Below, one piece after another: positions 21,018 through 31,831 of a stretch of 64,000 bases of DNA. The DNA lies in NCBI GenBank assembly GCA_003208875.1, contig QCUR01000006.1, forward strand, positions 74,872-138,871. Reading direction: 5' to 3'. The notes below the pieces were generated by a model. The model was not told where the DNA came from. It saw nothing but the letters and a program-made list of their open reading frames with translations, and ran no database searches. A program made the position numbers and the translations under genes. Numbering within the stretch: position 1 is the first letter of the stretch; the number at the start of each line of letters is the position of its first letter. This stretch comes from Prochlorococcus sp. AG-679-M23 (lineage in GTDB: Bacteria; Cyanobacteriota; Cyanobacteriia; PCC-6307; Cyanobiaceae).

Positions 21018-21878
21018 ATAGAAAATATTTTTCCAAAAATAACTAGTAAAAGTAATGCTTTAGTTAAAAGATTTAGATCGTTTAAAAAAGGATCTAATAC
21101 AAAAGATAAAGATTATTTTTGCATTGAAGGGACTCATTTGATCGAAGAAATGCTGAAGTCTGGTAATCATGCTTCAAAAATTTTAACTACTGAAAAATGG
21201 CTTGATAAAAATAAGGACCTTTATCAAAAGATTGATCCATCATTAATAATAGTCGTATCAGAAGAAGTTTTAGCTTCAGTAGTATCTACAAAAAATCCTG
21301 ATGGAGTAGCTGCTTTGGTGGAAATTTCATCAATACTTAATTTTGACTTTACTAATATTGAAGATGACTTTATTCTTGTCCTTGATAGGATTCAAGACCC
21401 TGGAAATATGGGGAACCTTTTTAGAACAGCTTTAGCTGCTGGTGTTAACAAGATATTATTAGCGGGAGGGGCGCACCCCTTAGGCCAAAAGGTATTAAGA
21501 GCATCTAGTGGATCTGTTTTTCATCTCCCATTTAAACGATTTGATGGAAGCGAAGAAGAAATGATCAATTCTTTATTGTTATCATTAGATCAATTTTCAA
21601 AGAACGGGTTTCAAATAATTTCTACGAGTAGCCATAATAAAAATCCTAATAAATCTCACAAACCATATTGGGAAATTGATTGGTCTAAACCAACTGCACT
21701 TATATTGGGTAATGAAGGAAATGGTATTCATAAAAGAATTCAAGAAGCTTTTAGTGAAACAATTACTATTCCGCATAGTGAGCTTGTAGAATCATTGAAT
21801 GTGGCTTGTGTTGCAGTTCCAATATTACTTGAACGAAAAAGAGTCGCATATACTTCTACTTCAAGAATACAAAAGTGA
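21018..21878 (+). CDS. TrmH/SpoU-family RNA methyltransferase (homology extends upstream of the track start at 21138; start uncertain)
   Basis: QDPGNMG, LGNEGNG and ESLNV motifs; in-frame upstream ITSKSNALVK...IEGTHL from ATA 21018. Confidence 0.88.
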   Translation: MENIFPKITSKSNALVKRFRSFKKGSNTKDKDYFCIEGTHLIEEMLKSGNHASKILTTEKWLDKNKDLYQKIDPSLIIVVSEEVLASVVSTKNPDGVAALVEISSILNFDFTNIEDDFILVLDRIQDPGNMGNLFRTALAAGVNKILLAGGAHPLGQKVLRASSGSVFHLPFKRFDGSEEEMINSLLLSLDQFSKNGFQIISTSSHNKNPNKSHKPYWEIDWSKPTALILGNEGNGIHKRIQEAFSETITIPHSELVESLNVACVAVPILLERKRVAYTSTSRIQK

Positions 21879-23314
21879 CTGATCCAAATTTTGACTTTGA
21901 TTTGATAGTAATTGGTGCAGGATATGGAGGATTTGACGCCGCCAAACATGCTGCAGAAAAAGGTTTAAAAGTTGCCATCATAGAGTCTGGAGATATGGGA
22001 GGTACTTGCGTCAATAAAGGATGCGTACCTTCTAAAGCTCTTTTGGCAGCTAGTGGAAAAGTTAGGGAAATAGCCAATTATGAACATTTAGCAAAATTTG
22101 GTATTCATGCTTCCCCTGTTAGATTCGAAAGATCAAAAATTGCTGATCATGCTAATAATTTAGTCTCAAATGTTAGAGAAAATTTAACAAAAACCCTCAA
22201 AAGAAGTGGAGTTGAAATTATTTTAGGATTTGGAAGACTTGAAGGTAATCAAAAAGTAGGAGTAAGAGATAATAATGGAATTGATAGGATCTTTACATGT
22301 AAAAATACAGTTCTAGCGACAGGTTCTTCTCCCTTTGTTCCTCCTGGAATAACTTTAGACAATAGAACAGTTTTCACAAGTGATGAAGCAGTAAAACTTG
22401 AGTGGCTCCCGAGATGGATAGCCATTATTGGAAGTGGATATATAGGTTTAGAATTTGCTGATGTATATACCGCTCTAGGTTGCGAAGTGACCATGATTGA
22501 GGCTTTGGAAAATATTATGCCCACCTTTGATCCGGATATTACAAAAATAGCTAAGAAAAATCTTATTCAATCAAGAGATATTGATACAAAATCTAATGTA
22601 TTTGCAACTAAGATAACCCCTGGATGCCCTGTAAAGATAGAACTAACGGATGCAAAATCAAAAGAAATTGTAGAAAACTTAGAAGTTGATGGTGTTCTTG
22701 TGGCTACTGGGAGGAGTCCTAATAGTAAAAATCTTAATCTTGATTCAGTTGGTATAGAAACTATAAAAGGTTACATTCCTATTGATGATCAAATGAGAGT
22801 TTTAAATGGTGAAAAAATAATACCTAATGTTTGGGCCGTTGGTGATGTAACTGGCAAACTTATGCTTGCCCATACAGCAGCAGCTCAAGGAACAATTGCT
22901 GTTGAAAATATATGTGGTGAGAATATCGAAATCGATTATAGGAGTATTCCAGCTGCAACATTCACTCATCCTGAGATAAGTTCAGTAGGCTTATCTGAAA
23001 CTGATGCTAAAGAAATAGCTATCAAAGAGGGTTTTACTTTAGGAGTTGTGAAGAGCTATTTTAAAGCTAATTCCAAGGCATTAGCAGAATTAGAAAGTGA
23101 TGGAATTCTAAAGTTACTTTTCAATAAAGACAGTGGAAAAGTATTAGGTGCTCATATCTTTGGGATGCATGCAGCTGATTTGATTCAAGAAATTGCAAAT
23201 GCAATCTCTAGAAACCAAGATGTAATTAAACTAGCTACTGAAGTACATACTCACCCTACTCTTAGTGAAGTAGTTGAGGTCGCTTATAAACAAGCAGCTT
23301 CTCAAGTAAAGTAA
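21875..23314 (+). CDS. lpdA: Dihydrolipoamide dehydrogenase
   Basis: GAGYGG, GGTCVNKGCVPSK, GSGYIG and HTHPTLSE motifs. Confidence 0.96.
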   Translation: MTDPNFDFDLIVIGAGYGGFDAAKHAAEKGLKVAIIESGDMGGTCVNKGCVPSKALLAASGKVREIANYEHLAKFGIHASPVRFERSKIADHANNLVSNVRENLTKTLKRSGVEIILGFGRLEGNQKVGVRDNNGIDRIFTCKNTVLATGSSPFVPPGITLDNRTVFTSDEAVKLEWLPRWIAIIGSGYIGLEFADVYTALGCEVTMIEALENIMPTFDPDITKIAKKNLIQSRDIDTKSNVFATKITPGCPVKIELTDAKSKEIVENLEVDGVLVATGRSPNSKNLNLDSVGIETIKGYIPIDDQMRVLNGEKIIPNVWAVGDVTGKLMLAHTAAAQGTIAVENICGENIEIDYRSIPAATFTHPEISSVGLSETDAKEIAIKEGFTLGVVKSYFKANSKALAELESDGILKLLFNKDSGKVLGAHIFGMHAADLIQEIANAISRNQDVIKLATEVHTHPTLSEVVEVAYKQAASQVK

Positions 23315-23326
23315 ATTGATTTGTTT

Positions 23327-24214
23327 ATGGAAATAAGACGTAGGCCTCCAAACCCAACAGTCAGGGTAGAAAACTTAGAATATGCTGTTCCTCATAGAGA
23401 GGCAAAAGCAAAAAATATTCTTGAAGAAATTGTTTGGCACAAAGATACTGAAATCAAAAATTTTAAGAAAATAATCTCCCTTGAAGATCTTATAAAAAAG
23501 CTTGATAAAGTTGATCCACCAAAAGATTTTTTAAAAAGTATTTTACATTCCAAAATTAAACCGGGAGTTATTGCTGAGATTAAAAAAGCTAGTCCTAGTA
23601 AAGGTGTAATAAGAGAAAATTTTAATCCAAAAGAAATAGCTTCTTGTTATGAAAGGTCTGGTGCCTCATGTATCTCGGTATTGACTGATAAAAGGTTTTT
23701 TCAAGGAAGTTATGAAATACTTCAAGATGTCAGAGGAGTCACTAATCTGCCTTTGCTCTGCAAAGATTTCATTATTTCTGCTTATCAAGTATATAAAGCG
23801 AGAGTATCCGGTGCTGATGCAATATTACTAATTGCTGCAATCTTAAGCGATGATGATTTATTTTATTTGAAGAAAATTGCTGATAATTTAAAGATGAGTG
23901 TTTTAGTTGAAGTGCATGATGGTCAAGAACTTGAAAGAATATTGAGTTTGAAATCATTTAATTTAATAGGAATAAATAATAGAAACTTGAAGACTTTTAA
24001 CACTGATCTACAAACATCAATAAGAATAATGAGTCACTATTCGGATATATTTTCAAAACATAATATTATTCCTATTAGTGAATCTGGAATAAATAACTCT
24101 GAAGATTTAAAAACTCTCAATTCAATTGGAATTAAGGGAGTTTTAATTGGCGAAAGGTTTATGAGGGAAAGCGATATTGAAAACTCTTTTAAGAAATTAT
24201 TTAACTCAAATTAA
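23327..24214 (+). CDS. trpC: Indole-3-glycerol phosphate synthase
   Basis: [24 protein letters not shown] and SESGI motifs; ATG at 23327. Confidence 0.96.
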   Translation: MEIRRRPPNPTVRVENLEYAVPHREAKAKNILEEIVWHKDTEIKNFKKIISLEDLIKKLDKVDPPKDFLKSILHSKIKPGVIAEIKKASPSKGVIRENFNPKEIASCYERSGASCISVLTDKRFFQGSYEILQDVRGVTNLPLLCKDFIISAYQVYKARVSGADAILLIAAILSDDDLFYLKKIADNLKMSVLVEVHDGQELERILSLKSFNLIGINNRNLKTFNTDLQTSIRIMSHYSDIFSKHNIIPISESGINNSEDLKTLNSIGIKGVLIGERFMRESDIENSFKKLFNSN

Positions 24215-24273
24215 TTAAAGCTGGATATTTGTGCTATAAAACTGAATATTGTTAAGTTGTATCTTATATATAA

Positions 24274-24942
24274 ATGCAGGTTGTAATAGTAACTGGAATT
24301 CTTGCTGGATTTATTCATGTGGTAAGTGGTGCTGATCATCTTATTGCAATGGCTCCATCATCAATTACGAGTCCAAAAATTGCTGCAAGGAATAGTATCT
24401 CATGGGGATTGGGACATTCTTCAGGAGTAATTATTTTGGCCTTCTTAGCAATTTTTATAAAAGATATTACCTCTTTAAGTAAATTTTCCAACTTTGCTGA
24501 ATTTTTAGTTGGTATATCGCTTCTTATTGTTGGAGTCTTTGCGATAAGAAATTCTTTACATCTAAACATTCACTCTCACTCTCATCAACATAATGGCGTA
24601 GCTCATCATCATTTGCATTTTCATAATGAGGACTCTAAAAAACATAATAAACATTCTCATGCATTGACAGGTTTGGGATTACTTCATGGTTTGGCAGGTG
24701 GCTCTCATTTTCTCGCAGTACTTCCGGCATTAGCTTTACCTCTTCCTAACGCATTTGCTTATTTAATTTCATATTTAAGTGGTTCTTTAGTAAGTATGAT
24801 TTTATTTACTTGCCTAATATCTGTTACAACTTTAAATGCAGGACAAAAATTTATTAGAAGGTTAATAGCTTTTGCTGGTGGATTATCTTTTTCTATGGGC
24901 TTATTTTGGGTCCAAAAAAGTTCTGTACTATTTTTGAGCTAG
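24274..24942 (+). CDS. sodT: High-affinity nickel transporter (SodT/UreH-like)
   Basis: HVVSGADH, WGLGHS, His-rich loop and GLLHGLAG; adjacent to sodN/sodX. Confidence 0.85.
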   Translation: MQVVIVTGILAGFIHVVSGADHLIAMAPSSITSPKIAARNSISWGLGHSSGVIILAFLAIFIKDITSLSKFSNFAEFLVGISLLIVGVFAIRNSLHLNIHSHSHQHNGVAHHHLHFHNEDSKKHNKHSHALTGLGLLHGLAGGSHFLAVLPALALPLPNAFAYLISYLSGSLVSMILFTCLISVTTLNAGQKFIRRLIAFAGGLSFSMGLFWVQKSSVLFLS

Positions 24943-25283
24943 AAGATTTTTTTTATTTTTGAAGTAACTATTCCAATTACATTTTCATTATTAATTAATC
25001 CAAATTTACTGCTGTCATCACTGAAAGCGATATTATCTCCTAAAACTTCGATACTATTTTTATTTACATTTTTTACTCTTTTAATTAATCTAATATTTTT
25101 AATAGGATGATAGAAAATTACAATTTGACCAACTTTTAAAAGTGATTTGTTTTTAATATATTTTTTGAAAAAAACAATGTCACTTTCCTTTAAACTTGGC
25201 AGCATAGAATGGCCTTTAACAATTGCGGTTTTTCTTAATCCAAAAAAAAATGCAATTAAATCGTAAAAATTTTTAGAAATAAT
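24939..25283 (-). CDS. sodX: Ni-SOD maturation peptidase (S26 family); start uncertain, upstream of 25205
   Basis: VKGHSMLP (catalytic Ser), LIKRV (catalytic Lys) and GDN...DDS motifs; directly after sodN. Confidence 0.85.
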   Translation of the reverse strand: MISKNFYDLIAFFFGLRKTAIVKGHSMLPSLKESDIVFFKKYIKNKSLLKVGQIVIFYHPIKNIRLIKRVKNVNKNSIEVLGDNIAFSDDSSKFGLINNENVIGIVTSKIKKIF

Positions 25284-25287
25284 TAAA

Positions 25288-25761
25288 CTAGCTAGCTTTT
25301 ACAAAAGCATCACTTCTGCCTTTTGATTCCCAGAAGATGTTATGTATTTTTTCGACATAATTCATTAATTCTTCTGCTTGAGCTAGATCAATATTTACTT
25401 TGCAAGCACTACATAATTTCGCTGCTTTCCAGATTGTTTCATGTAGATCTGGATAAGTTTCTAAGTGAACAGGTTTAAAATAATCTGTCCATAAGATTAG
25501 AATTTCTTTCTTTGTCTCTTTAGCTTGCTCTTCTTTTACGGCCACAAATCTAGAAAATGTATTGCTGTAAGCTGCCCAATCTCCTGAGTCAGTACTTGAT
25601 GGCGGAGTAAGTGCTACTAGCTTCTTTGTCATTGCAAGAACTGCTTCAGCAGCGACTCTTGCAGAAGCTGGGTCGTAAACGCCGCACGGGCCATCACAGT
25701 GAGCATGTACTTCCAATGTAGATTTTTTATTTAAAAGAGAAGTGATTAATTTAGTTAACAT
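25288..25761 (-). CDS. sodN: Nickel superoxide dismutase precursor
   Basis: Ni-hook HCDGPCGVY after a leader peptide; LWTDYFK. Confidence 0.97.
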   Translation of the reverse strand: MLTKLITSLLNKKSTLEVHAHCDGPCGVYDPASARVAAEAVLAMTKKLVALTPPSSTDSGDWAAYSNTFSRFVAVKEEQAKETKKEILILWTDYFKPVHLETYPDLHETIWKAAKLCSACKVNIDLAQAEELMNYVEKIHNIFWESKGRSDAFVKAS

Positions 25762-25835
25762 TCGTTTTTTTATATTTGAATATATCTTACTTGTAGATTA
25801 ACTAAATTGAAAAGTTTTAGAGGTTATTTCTTACT

Positions 25836-26408
25836 TTAATTGACTTTTAATAATTCAACTTCAAAAATTAAAGTTGCATTTGCAGGAATTACATTTCCTG
25901 CACCTCTTGATCCATAGCCAAGTTCTGGAGGAATTGTTAATTTTCTTTTTCCACCAACTTTCATTCCTGCTACTCCTTCATCCCAACCCTTAATTACTCT
26001 CCCCGCACCTAATGGGAAACTGAATGGTCCTCTGCCAATACTGGTATCAAATTGGGTCCCATCTTCTAGTGTTCCGGTGTAATTTACAGATACTGTTTGT
26101 CCAGAGTTTGCTTCATCTCCCTCTCCATTGACTATATCTACAATAATTAAGCCACTATCTGTAGTTCTAGAGTTGCTTTCTTCTTGTGTTTCTTCTGCCA
26201 TAGCGAAAAGTATTGGATTTGGATCAGATGGATCTAGTTCAAATATATTAGTATTTGAAACGTTAGATGTTTTTGTAGTGGGTGTTTTATTTACGAATTC
26301 AGTTTTTGATTCGGCGGCATTAACAACCTGAGGGGAGTTAAATTGACTATACAGAGTTAACGAAATGCAAAATACAAAGATTGTAAAACTAATTAAAACT
26401 TCTTTCAC
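25836..26408 (-). CDS. FKBP-type peptidyl-prolyl isomerase
   Basis: [24 protein letters not shown] and [13 protein letters not shown] motifs; N-terminal signal/TM. Confidence 0.95.
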   Translation of the reverse strand: MKEVLISFTIFVFCISLTLYSQFNSPQVVNAAESKTEFVNKTPTTKTSNVSNTNIFELDPSDPNPILFAMAEETQEESNSRTTDSGLIIVDIVNGEGDEANSGQTVSVNYTGTLEDGTQFDTSIGRGPFSFPLGAGRVIKGWDEGVAGMKVGGKRKLTIPPELGYGSRGAGNVIPANATLIFEVELLKVN

Positions 26409-26494
26409 TTAATTTTAAAAATCACTATATTTAATTCTACAGAAAAAGGTACAATAATATATCTTTTAAAAAAAATTAATTTAGAAAATTTATA

Positions 26495-27988
26495 TTGTTG
26501 ACTTCTATTCAAAATAAAAAGTTTAATAAATATTTTTATCCATGCTTGGGAGGCATCTTTGGAGGAATTGCTACATCAACGCACTTTTGGTTGTTTTTTA
26601 TGCCTTTATCCTTATTTATTTTATGGAGTAACAGTGATAAGAAATTAGCAAACTTTCTTTGGGGGTTTTTCTTTATTTTGGTAAGTCATTCTTGGCTTTT
26701 TGAACTTCACCCACTGACTTGGTTAGGTTTCTCCTGGATATCAAGTTTAATTATTTCCATTTCAATCTTGTTAGGTTGCTCTTTGTTTGGAGGCACATTG
26801 GTTTATTCATGGGGTCTTTTAGTTAAAAAAATTCTCCAAAAAGAAGATATTTCCAACATGAACTATTTAAGATTATTTATAAAAGTTTTATTGTTATCTT
26901 TTGCCTGGGGTATAGGTGAATTCTTTCTTTCCCAAACGCCTCTTTTTTGGATAGGTTTGGGCGAAGGAATTGTTCCCGGAGATTTATACCTTGCAGGTTT
27001 AGCAAGATGGATTGGTGCAAGTGGTTTATGTGTATTGCAATTAATTATGGGTTTTTGGATATACCTAATTTATGAGAAATGGAAAAGAAAATATCATTTA
27101 AAAAAAACATTCCTTTTTGGGTTTTTGATTATCATCATTTTACATTTCCTCGGAGGTTTAACAAACCCAATAAACAGAAATAATGACTATCCTGTCGCTC
27201 TATGGCAAACTAATATGCCCACAAGAAAAAAAACGAACTTTAATAATCAATTCATAAATGATAAGTTAATTTCTGCTCAGAAAATTGCTCTATTAAATAA
27301 TGCAAAACTCCTTATTACACCAGAGGGGACTTTGAATAATAATTTTAATTTAAATTTCAAAAGCAAGATTAGGATGTTGGCAGGAGGTTTTAGAAACTCT
27401 AAAAATAGCCTAAGAAGTTCCTTGCTTGGATATCAAATTGGGGATAAAAATTATTCATCTTACATTGATAAATATAGATTGGTTCCATTTGGGGAGAAAA
27501 TCCCAGGATTCTTAAATATCTTCTCAAGAGGACTATCGGCAGTAGGAGGTATTCAGCCAGGATCAAATTCAAGGTTTTTTAAATGGAAATTTACTCAGCC
27601 ACTTGCAATAGCAATTTGTTATGAAATTACTGATGGATTTAAAATAAGAAATGCTATCAACAGTGGGGCAGAACTAATAATTTCAGCAGCTAACTTAGAT
27701 CCTTATCCAAGGAAGCTTCATGATCAATTTCTATCTTTGGCCAGAGTACGAAGTATAGAAAATAAAAAAGATAATATTATTGTTTCAAACACTGGCCCCT
27801 CAGGATTAATAAGTGAAGACGGAAGAGTAATTAAACTCTTTGACCCTAATACTGAGCTAATTGATGTTGTAAATCCTATTTTTTCTACTACAAAAACTTT
27901 CTACACAACATATGGGGAACGCCCTTTGTTTTTCCTATTTTTGCTTTTAATAGGATTAGATTTATATTTTGGAAAATTCACAAATTAA
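26495..27988 (+). CDS. lnt: Apolipoprotein N-acyltransferase
   Basis: TM N-terminal half; nitrilase triad motifs [12 protein letters not shown] and ICYE; RSIEN. Confidence 0.92.
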   Translation: MLTSIQNKKFNKYFYPCLGGIFGGIATSTHFWLFFMPLSLFILWSNSDKKLANFLWGFFFILVSHSWLFELHPLTWLGFSWISSLIISISILLGCSLFGGTLVYSWGLLVKKILQKEDISNMNYLRLFIKVLLLSFAWGIGEFFLSQTPLFWIGLGEGIVPGDLYLAGLARWIGASGLCVLQLIMGFWIYLIYEKWKRKYHLKKTFLFGFLIIIILHFLGGLTNPINRNNDYPVALWQTNMPTRKKTNFNNQFINDKLISAQKIALLNNAKLLITPEGTLNNNFNLNFKSKIRMLAGGFRNSKNSLRSSLLGYQIGDKNYSSYIDKYRLVPFGEKIPGFLNIFSRGLSAVGGIQPGSNSRFFKWKFTQPLAIAICYEITDGFKIRNAINSGAELIISAANLDPYPRKLHDQFLSLARVRSIENKKDNIIVSNTGPSGLISEDGRVIKLFDPNTELIDVVNPIFSTTKTFYTTYGERPLFFLFLLLIGLDLYFGKFTN

Positions 27989-29134
27989 TCCGCCTCCTAA
28001 TAAAATTTCATCTTTATAAAAAACTGCAGCTTGCCCAGGAGTGATAGAGCTTTGGTGCTCTTCGAAAATCAATTTAAACTTTGTAGTCATGTTGTCTTCA
28101 TTTTTTACAGGAACTAAAGTTCCCTTTACTGGTTCACTCCTATATCGAATTTGTGCTTCTACTTCTATTTCTTTTAAAGGCGCCTCAATTGAAACCCAGT
28201 TAACCTTTTTTATTATGGCCTCTCTTTTAAAAAGATCATTTTTATTTGCGACATAAACTATATTTTGTTGTTTATCTAAACTTTCCACGTATAAAGGCTC
28301 TGGCCACGCAATACCCAAACCTTTCCTTTGTCCAATTGTGAAATGTTGAATACCATTATGAGTGCCAAGAATTTTTCCATTAATATGTTTAATTTCCCCC
28401 TCTTTAGGTTCAATATGACTATCAATAAATTTTTGCATAGATCCATAATGTTCTACTAAACATAGATCTTGACTCTCTGGTTTTTTTGCAGTTCTAAGTC
28501 CTAATCTTAAGGCCTCTTTTCTTGTCTCTTCTTTTTTAAGGTTTCCTAGTGGAAGTATTAATCTGCTTAATACTTCTTGGGAAAGACTGTAAAGAAAATA
28601 ACTCTGATCTTTATTTCTATCAGCTCCTCTTAGGAGTAAGAAATCCTTGAATTGAAAATTTCCAGAGTTTTTGATGTTCTCGCAAGAAACTTTTTGAACT
28701 CTTGCGTAGTGACCAGTGGCAATATAAGTAAATTCCTTTTGTTTAATGACAAAATTGAGCATTTCTTCAAATTTTACATTTTTATTACACATCGAGCATG
28801 GAAGTGGAGTGAAACCCGATTCATATCCCTCAGTAGTCTTTTTAACTACTTCCCTTTCAAAAATTACTCTTGAATCCAATATATTATGGTTAATTCCTAA
28901 ATCTTCACATAGACCTGCAGCGTCAACTAATCCTTCGGAACAACATGAGCCCTCTCCTTTCATTAACCAAAGAGTTAGGCCTTCAACTTCCCAACCCTCT
29001 TCAATAAGAAGAGCTGCTGATAGAGAACTATCTACTCCGCCTGAAAGACCAACAATAATTTTTTTTTGTTTTTTAGATTTATTATTGATAGAGGAACAGT
29101 TCTCTATTTTTTTATCCTTTAGAGTCTTTAACAT
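27962..29134 (-). CDS. mnmA: tRNA-specific 2-thiouridylase
   Basis: [28 protein letters not shown] and TPGQAAVFY motifs. Confidence 0.96.
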   Translation of the reverse strand: MLKTLKDKKIENCSSINNKSKKQKKIIVGLSGGVDSSLSAALLIEEGWEVEGLTLWLMKGEGSCCSEGLVDAAGLCEDLGINHNILDSRVIFEREVVKKTTEGYESGFTPLPCSMCNKNVKFEEMLNFVIKQKEFTYIATGHYARVQKVSCENIKNSGNFQFKDFLLLRGADRNKDQSYFLYSLSQEVLSRLILPLGNLKKEETRKEALRLGLRTAKKPESQDLCLVEHYGSMQKFIDSHIEPKEGEIKHINGKILGTHNGIQHFTIGQRKGLGIAWPEPLYVESLDKQQNIVYVANKNDLFKREAIIKKVNWVSIEAPLKEIEVEAQIRYRSEPVKGTLVPVKNEDNMTTKFKLIFEEHQSSITPGQAAVFYKDEILLGGGLICEFSKI

Positions 29135-29179
29135 GGAATTTTAAAATTTTGAACAGTTTTTAATAGCTTTGAACTAATT

Positions 29180-30748
29180 ATGAAAGAAATTGGATGGCCA
29201 ACAATTGACTCTAAACATCTAGTTGTTTATTCAAAGCAAATGTTGGATTTAGAGAATGAAATTTTTTCTCAAGGAATGCCTCAAGAGGCTTTGATGGAAA
29301 AGGTTGGTATTCAGCTATCTAAATGGCTTTTGCAAAGAAAATCTCTCTTAAAAGAGGGAGTAGTAGTTTTGTTAGGTCCTGGCCATAATGGTGGGGATGG
29401 GGCAGTAATTGCTAAAGAGCTTTTTTTAAAGGGATATCTAGTTAAATTATGGTGCCCATTTCCTTTAAAAAAAACATTAACGATTAATTATGTAAATTAT
29501 CTTACATCTCTTGGAGTAGAAAAATTAGGAGAGCCTCCTAATCCTGAAGGGAAACATTTATGGATTGATGCTATTTTCGGGAATAATCAAAAAAGAAAAG
29601 TTGATGAAGATTTAATTAAATTATTTAATGAAAAATTTAAAAAAAAGTCTGGTAAGGTTGTGAGCATAGATGTGCCAACGGGGTTATGTCCTAATTCTGG
29701 CAAACCATTCTTGAAAAATGCTGTAAAAGCCAACTATAATTTAGTTGTAGGACTTAATAAGATTGGATTATTACAAGATACTGCATTACCTTATGTTGGA
29801 GAATTACATCACATCGATATAGGTATATCTAGAAGTCAGTTATGCAATATAGATAGTAAGATTTTAAAAATTACATATCAAGATTTAAGAACAATTAATC
29901 TTCCGTTTTTACCAAAAAATTCAAGTAAATATAAAAGAGGCCGAACATTATTAATTGCGGGAAGTGAAAGATATCCTGGGGCAGCATATTTAGCAATAAA
30001 AGGTGCTATTTCAAGTGGGGCAGGATTTGTATCAGCAATTATCCCTGATTTAGTTTCAAAATCTATTTGGCAAGTTGAACCAGAAGTAGTAGTTATAGGA
30101 AGACTTAGCAGCGATCAAAATGGAAATTCAATTTTGTTCAATGCTTTAAAGAATATTGATTTTTCTGCTTATGATTCTATAGTTATTGGCCCAGGAATTG
30201 GCTTGAATGAGGATGATTGGGAAAAATCAATACAGTACTTATTAGATATAAAAGGTTTATTGATTCTTGATGCGGATGCACTTAATCGAATTTCTAAATC
30301 AAATTTGGGATCTAAATTTTTCTTAGAAAGAAAGTATGAGACTTGGATTACTCCTCATAATAAAGAATTTGCGAGATTATTCCCTGATCTTGACTGTATT
30401 AACAAAGTTGAACTGGCTAAAAAAGCAGCAAAAGAATTTGATATAAGTATCTTATTAAAGGGAGCAAATAGTATTATTGCCAATAATGAAAATGCATGGC
30501 AACTTTTTGGAACTGATGCTGAGACTGCTAGAGCGGGTCTAGGAGATCTTTTATCTGGATTTATTGGTGGATCTTCAGCGCTAGAGTTATCATCTTTTGG
30601 AGATTACATAAGGACTGAATCTTTAGCAAAATATGTTTTTTTACATTCCCTTGCTGCATCAAAGTGTAAAAAAGGATCAAATGCTTCTTTAATAGGGGAC
30701 CGATTGTCAAAGTTAATGAGAAAAACAAAAACGAGGCTAATGTCATGA
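29180..30748 (+). CDS. nnr: Bifunctional NAD(P)H-hydrate epimerase/dehydratase (YjeF)
   Basis: GPGHNGGDG, IDVPTG, GPGIG, DADAL, TPH..EF and GLGDLLSG motifs. Confidence 0.93.
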   Translation: MKEIGWPTIDSKHLVVYSKQMLDLENEIFSQGMPQEALMEKVGIQLSKWLLQRKSLLKEGVVVLLGPGHNGGDGAVIAKELFLKGYLVKLWCPFPLKKTLTINYVNYLTSLGVEKLGEPPNPEGKHLWIDAIFGNNQKRKVDEDLIKLFNEKFKKKSGKVVSIDVPTGLCPNSGKPFLKNAVKANYNLVVGLNKIGLLQDTALPYVGELHHIDIGISRSQLCNIDSKILKITYQDLRTINLPFLPKNSSKYKRGRTLLIAGSERYPGAAYLAIKGAISSGAGFVSAIIPDLVSKSIWQVEPEVVVIGRLSSDQNGNSILFNALKNIDFSAYDSIVIGPGIGLNEDDWEKSIQYLLDIKGLLILDADALNRISKSNLGSKFFLERKYETWITPHNKEFARLFPDLDCINKVELAKKAAKEFDISILLKGANSIIANNENAWQLFGTDAETARAGLGDLLSGFIGGSSALELSSFGDYIRTESLAKYVFLHSLAASKCKKGSNASLIGDRLSKLMRKTKTRLMS

Positions 30749-30888
30749 AAGAAACAATTATAAGGAGTTTTTTATAGTTTTAAACACATAACTAAACAAT
30801 TTATACCTGAAATCTGAAGCAGGTATTAAGTAATCGTGTATTTCCCTAAAAATGTAGGAAAGTTTTAATACCTCATATCAGGTTTAAA

Positions 30889-31830
30889 ATGGCTTCATCA
30901 GTATCAACATCAACTGAACCGCAAAAAAGAAGAGGTAACGACCCCATAAGTTGGTACCTCTCTAATATAGGTCGTGTCCCTTTATTAACACCTGCTGAGG
31001 AAATTGAATTGGGTAACCAAGTTCAAAAAATGATGGTTCTAACTGAAGATGGTCAATTAAACGAAAAAATAAATGAATTTACTCCTCAAGATAAAAGAAC
31101 TATAAAAATTGGAAGAAGAGCAAAAGAGAGAATGATGAAAGCTAACTTAAGGTTAGTAGTAAGTGTTGCAAAAAAATATCAAGGTAAAGGTCTAGAACTT
31201 TTAGACCTTGTTCAAGAAGGTTCTTTAGGTTTAGAAAGAGCCGTTGAAAAGTTTGATCCTACAAGAGGATATAAGTTCTCTACTTATGCTTTTTGGTGGA
31301 TCCGTCAAAGTATGACAAGAGCTATTGCCTGCCAATCCAGAACCATTCGTTTACCAGTTCATTTAAGCGAGAGACTTGCCACTATTAGAAAAATAAGTAG
31401 GGAATTAGCACATAAACTTGGAGCAATGCCAAGTAGAATTGAAATTGCTGAAGCAATGGAAATAGATGTAGAGGAACTTGATTCTGTATTGAGGCAAGCT
31501 CTATCAACAAGTAGTTTGGACGCTCCTGTAAATGGAGATGATGGCAGGAGTTTCTTGGGGGATCTTATTGCAGATAGTAATAATGAAGAGCCCCTAGACC
31601 AAGTTGAGCAAAAGATGCATCAAGAGCAGTTAGGAAAGTGGCTAAGTCACTTAAGCGAACAAGAACAACATGTACTGAAATTAAGGTTCGGATTAGATGG
31701 AAACGAGAGACACACCTTAGCAGAAATAGGAAGGTTGTTAGAAGTCTCGAGAGAAAGAGTAAGACAAGTAGAACTAAAGGCACTTAGAAAACTAAGAAAT
31801 TTAACCAGAAAATTACCAAGTGGGATTTGA
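30889..31830 (+). CDS. Group 2 sigma-70 factor (RpoD-like, lacks region 1.1)
   Basis: ANLRLVVSVAKKY, GYKFSTYAFWWIRQ and SRERVRQ motifs; 313 aa. Confidence 0.95.
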   Translation: MASSVSTSTEPQKRRGNDPISWYLSNIGRVPLLTPAEEIELGNQVQKMMVLTEDGQLNEKINEFTPQDKRTIKIGRRAKERMMKANLRLVVSVAKKYQGKGLELLDLVQEGSLGLERAVEKFDPTRGYKFSTYAFWWIRQSMTRAIACQSRTIRLPVHLSERLATIRKISRELAHKLGAMPSRIEIAEAMEIDVEELDSVLRQALSTSSLDAPVNGDDGRSFLGDLIADSNNEEPLDQVEQKMHQEQLGKWLSHLSEQEQHVLKLRFGLDGNERHTLAEIGRLLEVSRERVRQVELKALRKLRNLTRKLPSGI

Positions 31831-31831
31831 T

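Noticed and set aside
24274..25761. sodT-sodX-sodN as a novel system
   Set aside because: This is a known Ni-SOD module; only the sodX start anomaly is reported.
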